Of a DNA stretch of 64,000 nt, positions 29,691 to 40,434 are shown piece after piece. The first letter of the stretch is position 1. Every line of letters begins with the position of its first letter. The translations under genes and the position numbers were made by a program. The notes beneath the pieces were generated by a model. The model saw nothing but the letters and a program-made list of their open reading frames with translations. It made no database searches and was not told the DNA's origin. This DNA comes from an uncultured delta proteobacterium (GTDB lineage: Bacteria; Desulfobacterota; Binatia; UBA9968), in the NCBI GenBank assembly GCA_963760795.1, contig CAVXEP010000011.1:24349-88348 (forward strand). The letters run 5' to 3'.

Positions 29691-30675
29691 ATGAACAGAA
29701 GAACCGCCATCCGGCGACTGGCGACTTTTTTTCTGACTACTGCTTCTCTCGCCGAGGCGCAGCAGGCGGGGAAAATCTTCCGCATCGGTTTCCTCGATGG
29801 AGGCACTGCTGCCGGTATGGCGAGCCTCGTGAAGGCGTTCCTGCAAGAGCTGAGCAAGCTTGGTTGGATTGAGGGAAAGAATTTCACTATCGAGTACCGA
29901 TTTACGGAGGGCAAAGGCCAGAGCGCCGGCCTGAGCTTGCGGCGGACCTGGTTCGTCTTAAGGTTGATCTGATCTTGGTCTCGTCGCGACCGGCGGCATT
30001 GGCGGCCAAGAGCGCCACTCGCTACGATCCCGATCGTAATGACGAATGTTGGGGACCCCGTGGGTGCAGGTTTGGTTGCCAGTCTGGCGCGGCCGGGAGG
30101 CAATGTCACCGGGTTCTCGAGTTTATCGCACGGAACTAAACACAAAAAGGCTAGAGATACTCAAGGACGCGGTCCCCAAGCTCGCCCGAGTCGGCCTTCT
30201 GCGGTCGGCGGGCACAGGACAATTCCAAATGAAAGAGATCAGGCCTGCGGCTCTGCACCTGAAGCTAAAATTGGAGGAGATCGAGACTCAATCCGACGCC
30301 AAAGGTTTAGAGAGCGCCTTTAAAACCGCCAAGCAGAAGCAGGTGGGCGCGATTATGACGATGACCACTCCCGCCTTTTTCGCCGAACGAAAGCGGATCG
30401 TCGAGCTTGCCGTCAAATACCGCTTGCCGGCTATTTACTATCAGAAGGAGTTTGTCGATGAGGGCGGTCTCATGTCCTATGGGGCGGATTACGATGATCT
30501 GTTCCGCAAGGCTGCCCACTACGTAGACAAGATCCTCAAGGGAACGAAACCTGCCGATCTGCCGGTACAGCAGGCGACGAAGTTTGAATTCGTCATTAAC
30601 CTCAAGGCGGCAAAACAAATTGGTCTTACGATTCCACTCGGAATGCTGGAGCGGGCGAATCAGGTGATTAAATGA
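29691..30675 (+). pseudogene. ABC transporter substrate-binding protein (putative Trp/Tyr-type), multiple frameshifts
   Basis: AEAQQAGKIFRIGFL, DPVGAGLVASLARPGGNVTG, GGLMSYG and KPADLPVQQATKFEFVINLKAAKQIG are spread over different frames. Confidence 0.85.
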
Positions 30676-30813
30676 ATTTTAGATTTTGGATTTTCGTCCG
30701 CGGGGCGGCATTTGGATTAAGGGAGTGCCGGTTCGTAAACTCGGCAATTTATGCCAGATTGAATCCGATTCCGAGTCCCGACAATCCAAAATCGACAATC
30801 CAAAATCCAAAAT
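30676..30813. repeat. Inverted AATCCAA/TTGGATT heptamer arrays
   Basis: attttagattttggattt at 30676 faces aatccaaaatcgacaatccaaaatccaaaat at 30783-30813. Confidence 0.78.
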
Positions 30814-30938
30814 GCAGTGGCGGCGTATGGACATCGGCTAGAGCTTGCGATATGCGGGGCGAGACGTTGTCTTGACCCGCGAACTTTGGCGCGCGGCGAA
30901 TCGCGCCGCGCAACCGCAGGGACAAAGGGAGGTGCGCG

Positions 30939-31946
30939 ATGACTTATTTTCTTAGGCTGCTAGCGCTAATCGGCATTGTCCTGTCGACCGGTCTCGGCGC
31001 GGTGCACGAAAGCGCCGGACAAACTTCCAGTCTCACGGCATTTTACACCGCGCCGGTGGTGTCGATGGCGCCCATGTGGATCGCCAAAGAAGCGGGATTT
31101 TTCAAGAAGCAAGGCTTAGACGTTCGCTTGGTGTTCATCGCCTCCGGTCCGCTCGGTACCACGGCGATCCTGTCGGGCGACGTCGATGTCGGAGTGATCG
31201 GCGGCTTCGCCCCGATACGGGCGATCGCCGGCGGGAATAAGAATTTGGCGATGATCGGCCAGACCAAAAACCGCATGACCGGCGCCATCGTCGGCAAGAA
31301 AGAAATCGCCAGCGTCCAGGACCTGAAAGGCAAGCGGCTCGGTATCGACCGGATCGGTTCGAATCCGGACATGTTCACTCAAGCATCGCTGGCGCGTTTC
31401 AACATAGATCCGCTCAAAGACCTGCAATACATCCAGCTCGGCAGCATCGGTCAGGGAATCCCGGCGCTCAAGGCGGGAACCATCGACGCCGTTAGCACGA
31501 GCACGCCGCACGATCTGTTTGCCCAGAGGCTGGGCTTCAAGGTGATCCTGGATATCACGGCCATGAAGATTCCCTTGGCATCGACGGTTCTCCTCTCCGC
31601 GCGCAACACCGTCGAGCGCAAGCAAGCTGACCTGATGAAATTTATGCGCGCTTACGTCGAAGCGATTCACTATTTTCTGACGAACAAAGAAGGGACCATC
31701 CAGATCGTCGCCAAATATACCAAAGTCGAAGACCGCGAAGTGAATGGCCATGCGATCGAGTCTGAGCGGGAGGCCGTGGAACGAACCCTCCAAGTCGATC
31801 CCAAAGGCATCGAGCTGATCCTCACGCTCATGAGTAAATCGATGCCCCAGGGTCCGGCGGTGAAAACCGAGGAGTTTTACGATTCGCGTTTCACCAACGA
31901 GCTGAGGGACAGCGGGTTTCTCAAAAAATTGTGGGGAGAGAAGTGA
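30939..31946 (+). CDS. NitT/TauT ABC transporter substrate-binding protein
   Basis: Signal peptide; EAGFFKKQGLDV, SVQDLKGKRLGI and FYDSRF. Confidence 0.88.
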   Translation: MTYFLRLLALIGIVLSTGLGAVHESAGQTSSLTAFYTAPVVSMAPMWIAKEAGFFKKQGLDVRLVFIASGPLGTTAILSGDVDVGVIGGFAPIRAIAGGNKNLAMIGQTKNRMTGAIVGKKEIASVQDLKGKRLGIDRIGSNPDMFTQASLARFNIDPLKDLQYIQLGSIGQGIPALKAGTIDAVSTSTPHDLFAQRLGFKVILDITAMKIPLASTVLLSARNTVERKQADLMKFMRAYVEAIHYFLTNKEGTIQIVAKYTKVEDREVNGHAIESEREAVERTLQVDPKGIELILTLMSKSMPQGPAVKTEEFYDSRFTNELRDSGFLKKLWGEK

Positions 31947-31992
31947 CGGTAAGAGGTAAGGGGTAAGGAGTGAGGGGTTCGGAGTAAGAAAA

Positions 31993-32147
31993 GATTCTTC
32001 TGAAAAACCCCTAGGAATGCTTCGACGGGCTCAGCATGAACGGAAAACCTCCAGTGATTTTAACCGATCTTCCGTTCTTCCTTCGTCAAGCTCAGGACGG
32101 GCTCTGAGGCTCGTCGAAGGATGAACGGAGGGTTTTTCAGCAGAATC
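31993..32147. mobile_element. 155-bp MITE-like element with terminal inverted repeats and a 6-bp flanking direct repeat
   Basis: Left end GATTCTTCTGAAAAACCC versus right-end reverse complement GATTCTGCTGAAAAACCC; AGAAAA at 31987-31992 and 32148-32153; internal CTTCGACGGGCTCAG...CTGAGGCTCGTCGAAG palindrome. Confidence 0.72.
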
Positions 32148-32215
32148 AGAAAAAATGACCGATACGATTTGAACGGCTGGAACGACTTGAACGTTTTGAA
32201 CGCGAGGAGATTTTT

Positions 32216-33964
32216 ATGATCGAGACCGAAGGCTTGACCGGCGCCGATACTTTGTTGCGCGTGCTCTCACATATGGGAGTGGATCGAATCTTTTCTTCCC
32301 CCGGCTCGGAGTGGGCGCCGGTGTGGGAAGCGTTTGCCAAAGCCAAGGCGCAGAGCGAGGGTGTGCCGCAGTATATCAGCTCGCGCCACGAAGAGGTCGC
32401 CGTCGGCATGGCCAGCGGCTACGCCAAGGCGACAGGAAAACTTGCCGCGGTGATGATCCACACCACGGTCGGCGCGCTGCATGCGACGATGGCGCTGCGC
32501 GGCGCGCTGCATGAACAGATTCCCATGGTGGTGTTCACCGGCGAGTCATTAGGTTTCGGCGAAGAGGCGGGTCCGGACGTGGGCGCGCAATGGCTCGGCG
32601 CCTTGGCCGATATTGGCGGACCGGCGCGTCTCGTGGAACGCTGCGTTAAATGGAGCTACGGCGTCAACGCGAAATCGCTGTTGCCGTCGACCATCCAGCG
32701 TGCCTGCCAATTGGCGATGGGCACTCCCAAGGGACCGGTCTTCGTTTCGCTGCCGATGGAATATTTGTTCGATAAAATGACCAAGAACGCGGCGGCGGAA
32801 AATGTCGCGATTCCGGCGCCCATGGCCGATCCGGCGGCGCTCGATGAACTCGCGGCGTCCCTCGCCGGCGCGAAAAATCCCCTGATCGTCACCGAGGAGG
32901 CAGGACGCGACCCACAGGTGGTCGAACAACTCGTCGAGCTGGCCGAGTTGCTCGGCGCCGGCGTCGTCGAAAGCCGGGCGTCGAGCTACATCAACTTTCC
33001 GCGCACCCATCCGCTGCATGCCGGTTTCGAGCCGGTCGAATTCTTGGTGGAATCGGACGTGATTTTTCTTTTGGGAGTCGTCGCGCCCTGGCATCCGGCT
33101 TCGAAGAAATTAAACCCTGGAACCAAACTCGCGGTCTTGTCGGATAATCCGCTGCGCTCGGAGATGCCTTACTGGGGCTATCCGGTCACTCAAATTCTTA
33201 CCGGCGAGATCGAAAGATCGATGAAGTATTTACTCGAAGCGGTGAAGAAAAAAGTTTCGAAAGGTAACGGCGACGCGGCGCGGCGCGGCGAGACATGGAG
33301 CGGCCGCCATGCCGCGCGCAGAGCGGCTTGGCAAGAAGACGCGCTCAAGCGCAGGGAGCAAAAACCGATCGACACGCGCTGGGTCACGCATGAGTTGGCA
33401 CAGGTCATTCCGGCCGATGCCATCGTCGTCGAGGAAACCATTACGCACAGACTATCGATTCACCGCTATCTCGACATGCTCAAGCCGGGCACGTTCTTTG
33501 CCGGCTGCATCGGTGGACTCGGCACCGGCACGGGCACCGCGCTTGGTGTCAAAGCGGCGAATCCCAAGCGGCCGGTTTTGTGTCTGATCGGTGACGGCGC
33601 GTTCAACTACGATCCCGGACTGGCGACTCTTGGAGTTTGCCAGGAGCACAATCTGCCGATCATGATCGTGCTCTTCAATAATTACGGCTACCACTCGCAA
33701 AAATCCGGCGTGCCGCGTTTCTTCCCCGACGGCTTCGCCGTGAAGAACCAGGACTTCATCGGCATTTCGATCAATCCCAGTCCGGACTACGCGATGATCG
33801 CGCGCGCCTTCGACGGCTACGGCGAAAAAGTCGAAGAGCCCGGCGAAGTGCGCGCCGCGCTCCAACGCGGCTTGAAAGCCGTGGCCGGCGGACAAGTGGC
33901 GCTGATCGACGTTCGCCTGGCGAAAGCGGCGGAGAGCAACGAGAGACCGGATCGGGCGAATTAG
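32216..33964 (+). CDS. Thiamine-diphosphate-dependent enzyme (acetolactate synthase / benzoylformate decarboxylase-like)
   Basis: SRHEEVAVGMASGY, GPVFVSLP and GDGAFNY...NN. Confidence 0.9.
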   Translation: MIETEGLTGADTLLRVLSHMGVDRIFSSPGSEWAPVWEAFAKAKAQSEGVPQYISSRHEEVAVGMASGYAKATGKLAAVMIHTTVGALHATMALRGALHEQIPMVVFTGESLGFGEEAGPDVGAQWLGALADIGGPARLVERCVKWSYGVNAKSLLPSTIQRACQLAMGTPKGPVFVSLPMEYLFDKMTKNAAAENVAIPAPMADPAALDELAASLAGAKNPLIVTEEAGRDPQVVEQLVELAELLGAGVVESRASSYINFPRTHPLHAGFEPVEFLVESDVIFLLGVVAPWHPASKKLNPGTKLAVLSDNPLRSEMPYWGYPVTQILTGEIERSMKYLLEAVKKKVSKGNGDAARRGETWSGRHAARRAAWQEDALKRREQKPIDTRWVTHELAQVIPADAIVVEETITHRLSIHRYLDMLKPGTFFAGCIGGLGTGTGTALGVKAANPKRPVLCLIGDGAFNYDPGLATLGVCQEHNLPIMIVLFNNYGYHSQKSGVPRFFPDGFAVKNQDFIGISINPSPDYAMIARAFDGYGEKVEEPGEVRAALQRGLKAVAGGQVALIDVRLAKAAESNERPDRAN

Positions 33965-34043
33965 CGCTGATCTGAAATTCGCCGAAGCTTGAGTCAGGTG
34001 CACTCAAAGAATTGAGCTGATCCAGGTTTGCTGTCGGAAGTAT

Positions 34044-34157
34044 TCACCACGAAGGACACGAAGATCACGAAGGAAAGACTATCTAGCCGCAAAGAACGCA
34101 GATGGCGCAAAGAAACTATAGGTAAATCCTGTAGGGGCAACCCCCTGTGGTCGCCCT
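34044..34157. repeat. Stack of CACGAAG, CGCAAAG and GTAG-REP repeats between convergent genes
   Basis: caccacgaaggacacgaagatcacgaag; gccgcaaagaacgcag; gtaggggcaaccccctgtggtcgccct (34131-34157). Confidence 0.75.
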
Positions 34158-34198
34158 CTTCGAAAGGCTTGCGGCGTCAGGGATGCACCGACGGCGAA

Positions 34199-35156
34199 TC
34201 ATTTCACGGCCTTTTGCACAAAGCTGAAATCAAACACCTGGCTCGGCGGAACTTCCTTGGCGGCGCCGCCGAGAGTTTTTTGGGTGAATTCGATGGCGCC
34301 TTTCATCCAATTGTCGTCCACCGAGCCGTCCACCGATTGGCGCGTCAGATAGAGATCGTAGAGCTGATCGATCAACGCGGGGTCTTTGATGCCCAAGTAG
34401 CCCGGCATGATTTTTATCATCTCGGCGCGGTTTTTCATCGAATACTGAAGAGCTTTGATGGTGCCGCGCACGAAGGCGAGAACCTCTGCGGGGTTGGTTT
34501 TAATTTTTTCGTCGGTGACGCCGATGCCGCCGTTGGCATAGGTTGACAGATAATCACCCGAATAAGCGATGCGGTTGAAGCCATCACGCTGGAGCATGAA
34601 ATTTCTCGGCGGGGTAATAAGTGCGGCGGCTATTCTGCCGGTTCGAAGGGCAATTACCGATTCTTCTTGGGCTCCGACAATGATGACTGTGACATCCTTG
34701 TTCGGCGCGAGGCCGTTTTTCTGTAAAATTATTTGCAGCATCAAATCGTTGGAACCGCCGCGCGACGAAATGCCGACGAGTTTTCCTTTCAAATCCTGAA
34801 CGGATTTAATCTGCGGCTGGGACATCAGTTCGAACTGCGGCTTGGATGAAGAAATGAACACCAGCTTGACCGGCAAGGCGCGCACCGCCGCGGCGATGGT
34901 CGAGCCGGAAGCCGAGGTGTAATCGACCGAGCCGCCCAAAAGCGCCTGCATGCCGACCGCGCCGCGGATGAGAATCGCTTCGACATCGAGGCCTTCTTCG
35001 CGCCAGAAGCCTTTGACCTGGGCGACTTTGAAAGGGCAGTTCGGAAATGGAAACCCCGGTGGTGGAGAATCTGACTTTCTTGAGTTGCGCTGAAGCCGTG
35101 GACCCGCCGATTAGGATAATGAGAATACCAAGAACGGGGACGGATTTGATTCGCAT
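34199..35156 (-). pseudogene. NitT/TauT substrate-binding protein, one frameshift near 35030
   Basis: Signal peptide MRIKSVPVLGIL..SAQ, then ELPF|KVAQVKGFWREEGLD joins ORF 34199-34951 if one T of a TTT run is removed; may be a sequencing error. Confidence 0.82.
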
Positions 35157-35304
35157 ATCGACTCCTTTAGACGGTGCCGAATGTGTACCACAAGACACAG
35201 TGCGCGGCATAGCCGCGATCAAGGAAGTGAAGATGAGAACTGAACAACCCGCGGCTCTAAGCCGAGGGGTTCTGAAATTGTCGACTCGAAGTCGACTTTC
35301 CTTT

Positions 35305-35462
35305 CGTCATTCCGGCCTAATCGTCACCCCGGTGAAAACCGGGGTCCATCCCCATCCCGTTAACCTGGATACCGTTTTCCAACGGTATGACTGACTCCGC
35401 AAGAAACGCAAAGAATTAAATAAAGAAATGAGATTCGTAGGTGTGGGTTTGAAACCCGCCCT
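35305..35462. repeat. Cluster of GTCA-type and GTAG-type REP palindromes
   Basis: gtcaccccggtgaaaaccggggtcca, ggataccgttttccaacggtatgac and gtaggtgtgggtttgaaacccgccct (35437-35462). Confidence 0.75.
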
Positions 35463-35534
35463 TTTGCTTGACCGGTCGTTAACCGCGCTGTTAGTGTTCG
35501 CCACACAGCTCGAATTCCGGAAGGAGAAAGTTCT

Positions 35535-35963
35535 ATGGCAGACGCGCATATTCTGAGAATCGATTCGTTGCCGGTGGTCGACCGCGGTAACGGCATCCAA
35601 ACGACTCCCTTGGTCACGAAAGAGCTCGGCTCCAAGCATATCACGACGGGGATTACTCGATTTCCGGTGGGCGCGAAGGTTCCCATGCATTCGCATAACT
35701 GCGATGAGCAGGTGACCATCCTCGAAGGGGAGGCCGACGCGGAAATCGACGGCCAGAGCCATCGGCGGCTGCACGCTTACGACACGACGCTGGTTCCAGC
35801 CAATCAGCCGCACCGTTTCGTCAACGTCGGCACGACGCCGCTGGCGATTCTATGGATCTATACTTCCACCGAGGTGACCCGCACCTTCGCCGAAACCGGC
35901 GAGACGGTGGCGCATCTGTCCGAGCGTGATCTGGTGAGTCCGCTTGCTCCTAAGGGAAAGTAA
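35535..35963 (+). CDS. Cupin_2 domain protein
   Basis: HSHNCDEQ...G and VPANQPHRFVN cupin motifs; RBS AAGGAG. Confidence 0.88.
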   Translation: MADAHILRIDSLPVVDRGNGIQTTPLVTKELGSKHITTGITRFPVGAKVPMHSHNCDEQVTILEGEADAEIDGQSHRRLHAYDTTLVPANQPHRFVNVGTTPLAILWIYTSTEVTRTFAETGETVAHLSERDLVSPLAPKGK

Positions 35964-36212
35964 AGATTTATTCAACACGAAGGTCCCAGCTCGGAGAAGA
36001 GAATTAACCACAAAGGGCACAAGGGTCACATAGAAAGAAGATTCGGATTCGGAGGGTTACCGCAAAGCGCGCAAAAAAGAATTTGGATATACAAGGGGCG
36101 GGTTTGAATTTGTTTCGAGTTTCGTGCTTCGAATTTCGGATTTATTTCGCCGGCTGCTTGGCGCGAGAAACTCCCATGAGGTCGTTGTGTTCTAGATTCA
36201 CGACGCAAGCGT

Positions 36213-37208
36213 TTAATCGACTTTATAGCCCAGCTCTTTCGCTACTTCTCTGGCGATGCGCGCGTCGGCGACCTCGTCGAAAGCGATTTTCCTGCCGCTG
36301 AACTGCCCCAACAGCTGCAGCGATTTAACGATCTGCTCGATCCCCTCGCGGCTCGGCACGCCATTGCCGCTGACGGTTTTCTGGTAATCGGCATAGGTAT
36401 CTTCGGCGGTTTCGCGATTCACTTTGAGATAACGGATCATCAGGTCGATGCCTCTTTCTTTCGACTGCAACAGATTGCGCTTGGCGAGTTGCATCGCGCG
36501 CATCAGGCGGCGCATTTCGGCGGGGCGATTCTGAATCGTCGAAACTAAAGTGGTCAGGCCGCCGAGCGGCATCTTGACGTGGGCGCCGATGTCGAGAAGA
36601 TCGCGAAAGCCTTTTTTCTTGGCGTAGTAAAGCAGCGGCGGATTGAGCAGCGCCGCATCGATGCTGCCGCTTTCGAGGGCGCTCATTAAATTTGCATTGC
36701 CAACACCGAGAATGACGAAGTCCTTGGGGTTTTCACCGGCCGCTTCCAGACCGACGCGCAAAGATACTTCGGTGGTATCGCCTAAGCCACCGACGCCGAG
36801 GCGTTTGGACCGCAACTCCCTCAGTGTCTTGATCTCTGGCCGGGCGATGAGCGAATAGATCAGTTGGTCGGAAGCGAACCAGACCGCGCGCGACGCCATG
36901 CCGCGCAGCGTCGCCGCCACTGAATTGGGACCGACGCCCGCGAAATAGTGAATTTCACCGGCGATCATGGCGGCGTTGGCCACCTGCGGGCGCATCTGGA
37001 TGATCTCGACATCCAAGCCGGTTTCTTCGAAGGTTTTCCATTGCTGCGCGGCAAACAAATGCAGGCAACAAATCGACGGGCTGGGAATCGCGATGCGAAT
37101 TTTTGGCTTTTCTTGCGCCAAGCCAGCTGGGGCCGCCATCGTCAAGAAAGCCAATCCATACGTCAACGTCAGCCACGCCAAGCGTCGCCAACTTCTAATC
37201 TGCGCCAT
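36213..37208 (-). CDS. NitT/TauT ABC transporter substrate-binding protein
   Basis: Signal peptide; ETGLDVEIIQM, EIKTLRELRSKRLGV and GSIDAALL. Confidence 0.86.
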   Translation of the reverse strand: MAQIRSWRRLAWLTLTYGLAFLTMAAPAGLAQEKPKIRIAIPSPSICCLHLFAAQQWKTFEETGLDVEIIQMRPQVANAAMIAGEIHYFAGVGPNSVAATLRGMASRAVWFASDQLIYSLIARPEIKTLRELRSKRLGVGGLGDTTEVSLRVGLEAAGENPKDFVILGVGNANLMSALESGSIDAALLNPPLLYYAKKKGFRDLLDIGAHVKMPLGGLTTLVSTIQNRPAEMRRLMRAMQLAKRNLLQSKERGIDLMIRYLKVNRETAEDTYADYQKTVSGNGVPSREGIEQIVKSLQLLGQFSGRKIAFDEVADARIAREVAKELGYKVD

Positions 37209-37250
37209 TGTGATCACCTCGTAAACTTTCCACAGGCGATGCGGACTGCT

Positions 37251-37690
37251 TCAGATGTCTAGTAAACTTTTCGCGTTGCCTGCTAAACATTTGCTTCTCG
37301 GTTGCCAAAAAGGACAACGTTTCGATTGTGTCGACGCACTGCCGGTCGCCGAGAACGTAGGCAAAGTCGTTGCCGAGCAGCAGGTGCTCGGCGCCGACTT
37401 TGCGGCGCAGAAAATCGAGCGTCCCGGCGTAGTAAACCAAAGTATTGAAATAAAGAGTTTTGAGATATGCGCACGGAGCGCGGCGCGTTGAGCCGGCCGG
37501 CCCAACGCGTGGCTTGTTGCCCGGTGATAAACTCACGGTCGAAGCGGCTCATGTGATAGGGGAAGAATCCGCCGCCACGGCAGGTGCACAGTTTTAAATT
37601 AGTAAAGCGATCGAAGACGCCGCTGTAAATTAGCATCCCAAGAGAGAGTGTCGTATCGGCGGGATTGGCGCAAACCGGCCGCAGGCCAAC
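37251..37690 (-). pseudogene. ACMSD-like amidohydrolase remnant (C-terminal third, frameshifted)
   Basis: NPADTTLSLGMLIYSGVFDRF..GGGFFPY, then YLKTLYFNTLVY..VGAEHLLLGNDF in another frame; N-terminus missing. Confidence 0.75.
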
Positions 37691-37805
37691 GGTTAATGTT
37701 TCGGAAAGGAGATTTTGCCACAGACATCATCAGAGCCGAACGTAACGTTTTCGGTTTCTCGTTGCTTCGATTCAGGACGCATCATGGCCGAGAAGGTCCA
37801 TTGTC

Positions 37806-38891
37806 TCACGCCGTGAATGCAGATGTGACCGTTTGATGGCCGCCGTTGTCGCTGAACTCTTCTTCGTAGTAGAGGCCGAGAGCGTTGAGCACGGGGGCGT
37901 CTTGGATCGAGAACAGCACCGCGTCGGCTTTCGCCGAGCTATTGACATGTTCATGCATCGACCAGGGTGGCAGGGCGATGATGTCGCCTTTGCGCCAGGT
38001 GAAGCTTATGCCGTCGATAATCGTCTGGCCTTGACCTTGGACCACATGGTAGACCGCGCTGCCGGTATGGCGGTGCGCTTGGGTATGTTCATTGGGGCGC
38101 AGCAGCTGGATGCGGCAAGCCATGGTCGGCAGCACCGGGCCGCCGGTCTGCGGGTGCCGATAATCCAGTGAAATGCCGTCGAAGGCGCTGCCGATCTGAC
38201 CGCGTAAGGCGTCCAGCGCTTTCCAGGTTTGTTCCCAGGAGTAGAGCAGCAGCGGTGAGGCGTTAGTCTTCTCTTTAATCCAGGTCGGATTGAGTTGGCC
38301 GGTGCCGTACATGGCTTGGGAAGTATGCGCGGGCCGCGATGCCGGCACTTGAGTCTGGCTGTAAAACTGAAAAAACATCGCTTCCAGCGAGGCGATCAAG
38401 GGGATGTCGAGTCCGTCCATCCAAACGATGCGGTCTTTGGTTTCGTTGCCATGGTCGTGCCAGGACCAGCTTGGCGTCAGAATCAAATCGCCCGGCTCCA
38501 TGTAGACGCGCTCGCCGTCGACGGCGGTGTAGGCGCCGCTGCCTTCGACGATGAAGCGGATCGCCGTCGGCGTGTGGCGGTGCGCGCGCGCGACTTCCCC
38601 GGGGAGCAGCACTTGCACCGCGGCGATTAAGTTATTCGTCGTCGCCCAACGGCCGTTGAGTCCAGGATTAAATAGCTGCAAGGCGCGCCGCTCGTCGCCC
38701 ACCGGCACCGCTTGAGTGGATTCGCTGACGAGCGGCTCCAAGGTCGACCAAGGCCAGATATGGGCGACCATTTTAGGCTGCGGCTGTGGCGTCATCTGAC
38801 TGGCGAGCTCCCACAGACCGTACATGTTGTTGGCGTGCATGCGCTGGTGAAAGGCTTCGCGGGCGGCATCGGATGGCTTTTCGGCTTTCAT
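37806..38891 (-). CDS. Gentisate 1,2-dioxygenase family bicupin
   Basis: ERRALQLFNPGL, AHRHTPTAIRF, WHDHGN, WMDGLDIPL and HRHTGS. Confidence 0.9.
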   Translation of the reverse strand: MKAEKPSDAAREAFHQRMHANNMYGLWELASQMTPQPQPKMVAHIWPWSTLEPLVSESTQAVPVGDERRALQLFNPGLNGRWATTNNLIAAVQVLLPGEVARAHRHTPTAIRFIVEGSGAYTAVDGERVYMEPGDLILTPSWSWHDHGNETKDRIVWMDGLDIPLIASLEAMFFQFYSQTQVPASRPAHTSQAMYGTGQLNPTWIKEKTNASPLLLYSWEQTWKALDALRGQIGSAFDGISLDYRHPQTGGPVLPTMACRIQLLRPNEHTQAHRHTGSAVYHVVQGQGQTIIDGISFTWRKGDIIALPPWSMHEHVNSSAKADAVLFSIQDAPVLNALGLYYEEEFSDNGGHQTVTSAFTA

Positions 38892-39095
38892 GATCTTCCC
38901 TCTCGGTGAAATGTTCCGGCTCGGAACCGACTCTGCTCTCGCGCGTGAGTCATCATTATCGAGCTTAAAGAAAACGCTAATACGGTTACCGATGTCGGTC
39001 AAGCGATGGAGCTTGCCCATGATTAGAGCGAAGGCTAGGTTCAGCGCCAATGCCTCAAAGGCAAGCGCATTGGGATCAATTATTCCGGCAGATCG

Positions 39096-39440
39096 TTGGA
39101 CTACATCACCTTCAGGGCAGCACGTCGCGACCCAGAAGAAGATCCTAAAGACGGAAATGAAATCGCTCGGTTGTTACGCGCGCTGCGCTCGGCGAGCCTG
39201 TTTCTTCAGGAACAGCGTGGCTACGCAGTCGGCCTGTTCGAAAAAAACTTGCGCTTCGATAGTCCCTCCGCCGAAAAGTTTAATAGCCGTTGCGCGACCG
39301 ATATAACCCCGAGCTAACCTTGCCCGACGGGATCGAAGATTTCCTTGTGGTGGGGACTTTTGGTTCGAAGGAAAAGGAGAAAGCGGCGGCCAATCTACCA
39401 ACCGTGAGGGAGTGGAGTTTCGCCGAAAGAGCGCAGGGCT
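39096..39440 (+). pseudogene. C-terminal remnant of a NitT/TauT-type substrate-binding protein
   Basis: EIARLLRALRSASLFLQEQR..FEKNLRFD and, after a frameshift, ..VREWSFAERA resemble SBP C-terminal helices. Confidence 0.5.
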
Positions 39441-39800
39441 ATAAATTTTTGCGGTTGGTGCGGTTGTTGGGATTTGTCGAGTTTGTTCTCGCCGCTCCGG
39501 TTGTTCCGCATGACGGCATTGAGCAATATTGTGCACATAATGGAAGTTGTCAGTTTATGATCCTTCGAACCGGCAGTTCAATTCCGTTCACCGACTGCTA
39601 TTCCCTGCGCTCTTTGTGAAGCTATTCGCAGTCAGTTGTTGTAAAAAGCGCAGTTTAGATGCCGAATTTCTCTTGACGAGTAGTTCATTTGCTGTCATTT
39701 ATTATCAGTTATGGCGTTTTATTGAGGTTTTTGACGCTGGTCTACGTCTCAGTGTGATCGTGGCAATTCGACTAGAGATTCTTGCTGCTTTTTGGATTTC

Positions 39801-39816
39801 TGGCACTTTGCTTGCT
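39801..39816 (+). promoter_or_regulatory. Sigma-54 (-24/-12) promoter
   Basis: TGGCAC-TTTGC-TTGCT exactly matches TGGCAC-N5-TTGCW, 72 bp upstream of the bactofilin ATG. Confidence 0.8.
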
Positions 39817-39888
39817 CCAAAATTATCCGTTTGTCGAGAATACTCGCGTTTCCATCCGAAAATAGTTTCCGTGATCAAGGAGGTTTCC

Positions 39889-40434
39889 ATGGCATTGTGG
39901 AATCAAGCTACCCCCGAGGTGAGTTCAGAAAAACCGCAGCCGACACCGCCGGGGCTAACACCCACTCCGACCGCGACCACGACCGCACCGACACCGACCC
40001 CGGCGCCGACGCCGGTGGTGCCGACACCTAAGGAAAGCGCACCAACGGGTCGCCGCGAGTCGGTATTTGGCCCGGGCGTCACTATCGAGGGCAAGATCGA
40101 AGGCGACGCCGACATTCGCATCGGCGGTAAGTTTAAGGGCGATATCCAAATCAAAGGCGATCTGAATCTCGACAAGGGCGCCAAGGTTTCAGCCAAAGTG
40201 CAAGCCGCCAATGTCACCATCGGCGGCGAACTGGAAGGCAACGTGGTCGCCGGCGCCCAAGTGAAATTACTGGAGTCCGGCCAACTCATCGGCGATCTCA
40301 AAGCAGCGGTGCTGACGGTGGTGGCGGGCTCGCGCATGCGCGGTCATGTCGAGTTTGGCTGGAGCGCCAGCGAAGTCGCCAAATTTTCCAACGGCCACGC
40401 CGAGGAGAAAGAAAAAATCGGAGCCGCCGGATGA
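39889..40434 (+). CDS. Bactofilin (polymer-forming cytoskeletal protein) with Pro/Thr-rich N-terminal tail
   Basis: SVFGPGVTIEGKIEG..IRIGGKFKGDI..VTIGGELEGNV..LIGDLKA..GSRMRGHV beta-helix repeats; RBS AAGGAGG before ATG 39889. Confidence 0.92.
   Translation: MALWNQATPEVSSEKPQPTPPGLTPTPTATTTAPTPTPAPTPVVPTPKESAPTGRRESVFGPGVTIEGKIEGDADIRIGGKFKGDIQIKGDLNLDKGAKVSAKVQAANVTIGGELEGNVVAGAQVKLLESGQLIGDLKAAVLTVVAGSRMRGHVEFGWSASEVAKFSNGHAEEKEKIGAAG

Noticed and set aside
39547-39888. Long N-terminal extension of the bactofilin in the ORF track
   Set aside because: A strong RBS at 39877-39883 and the sigma-54 promoter lie inside it, so the real start is 39889
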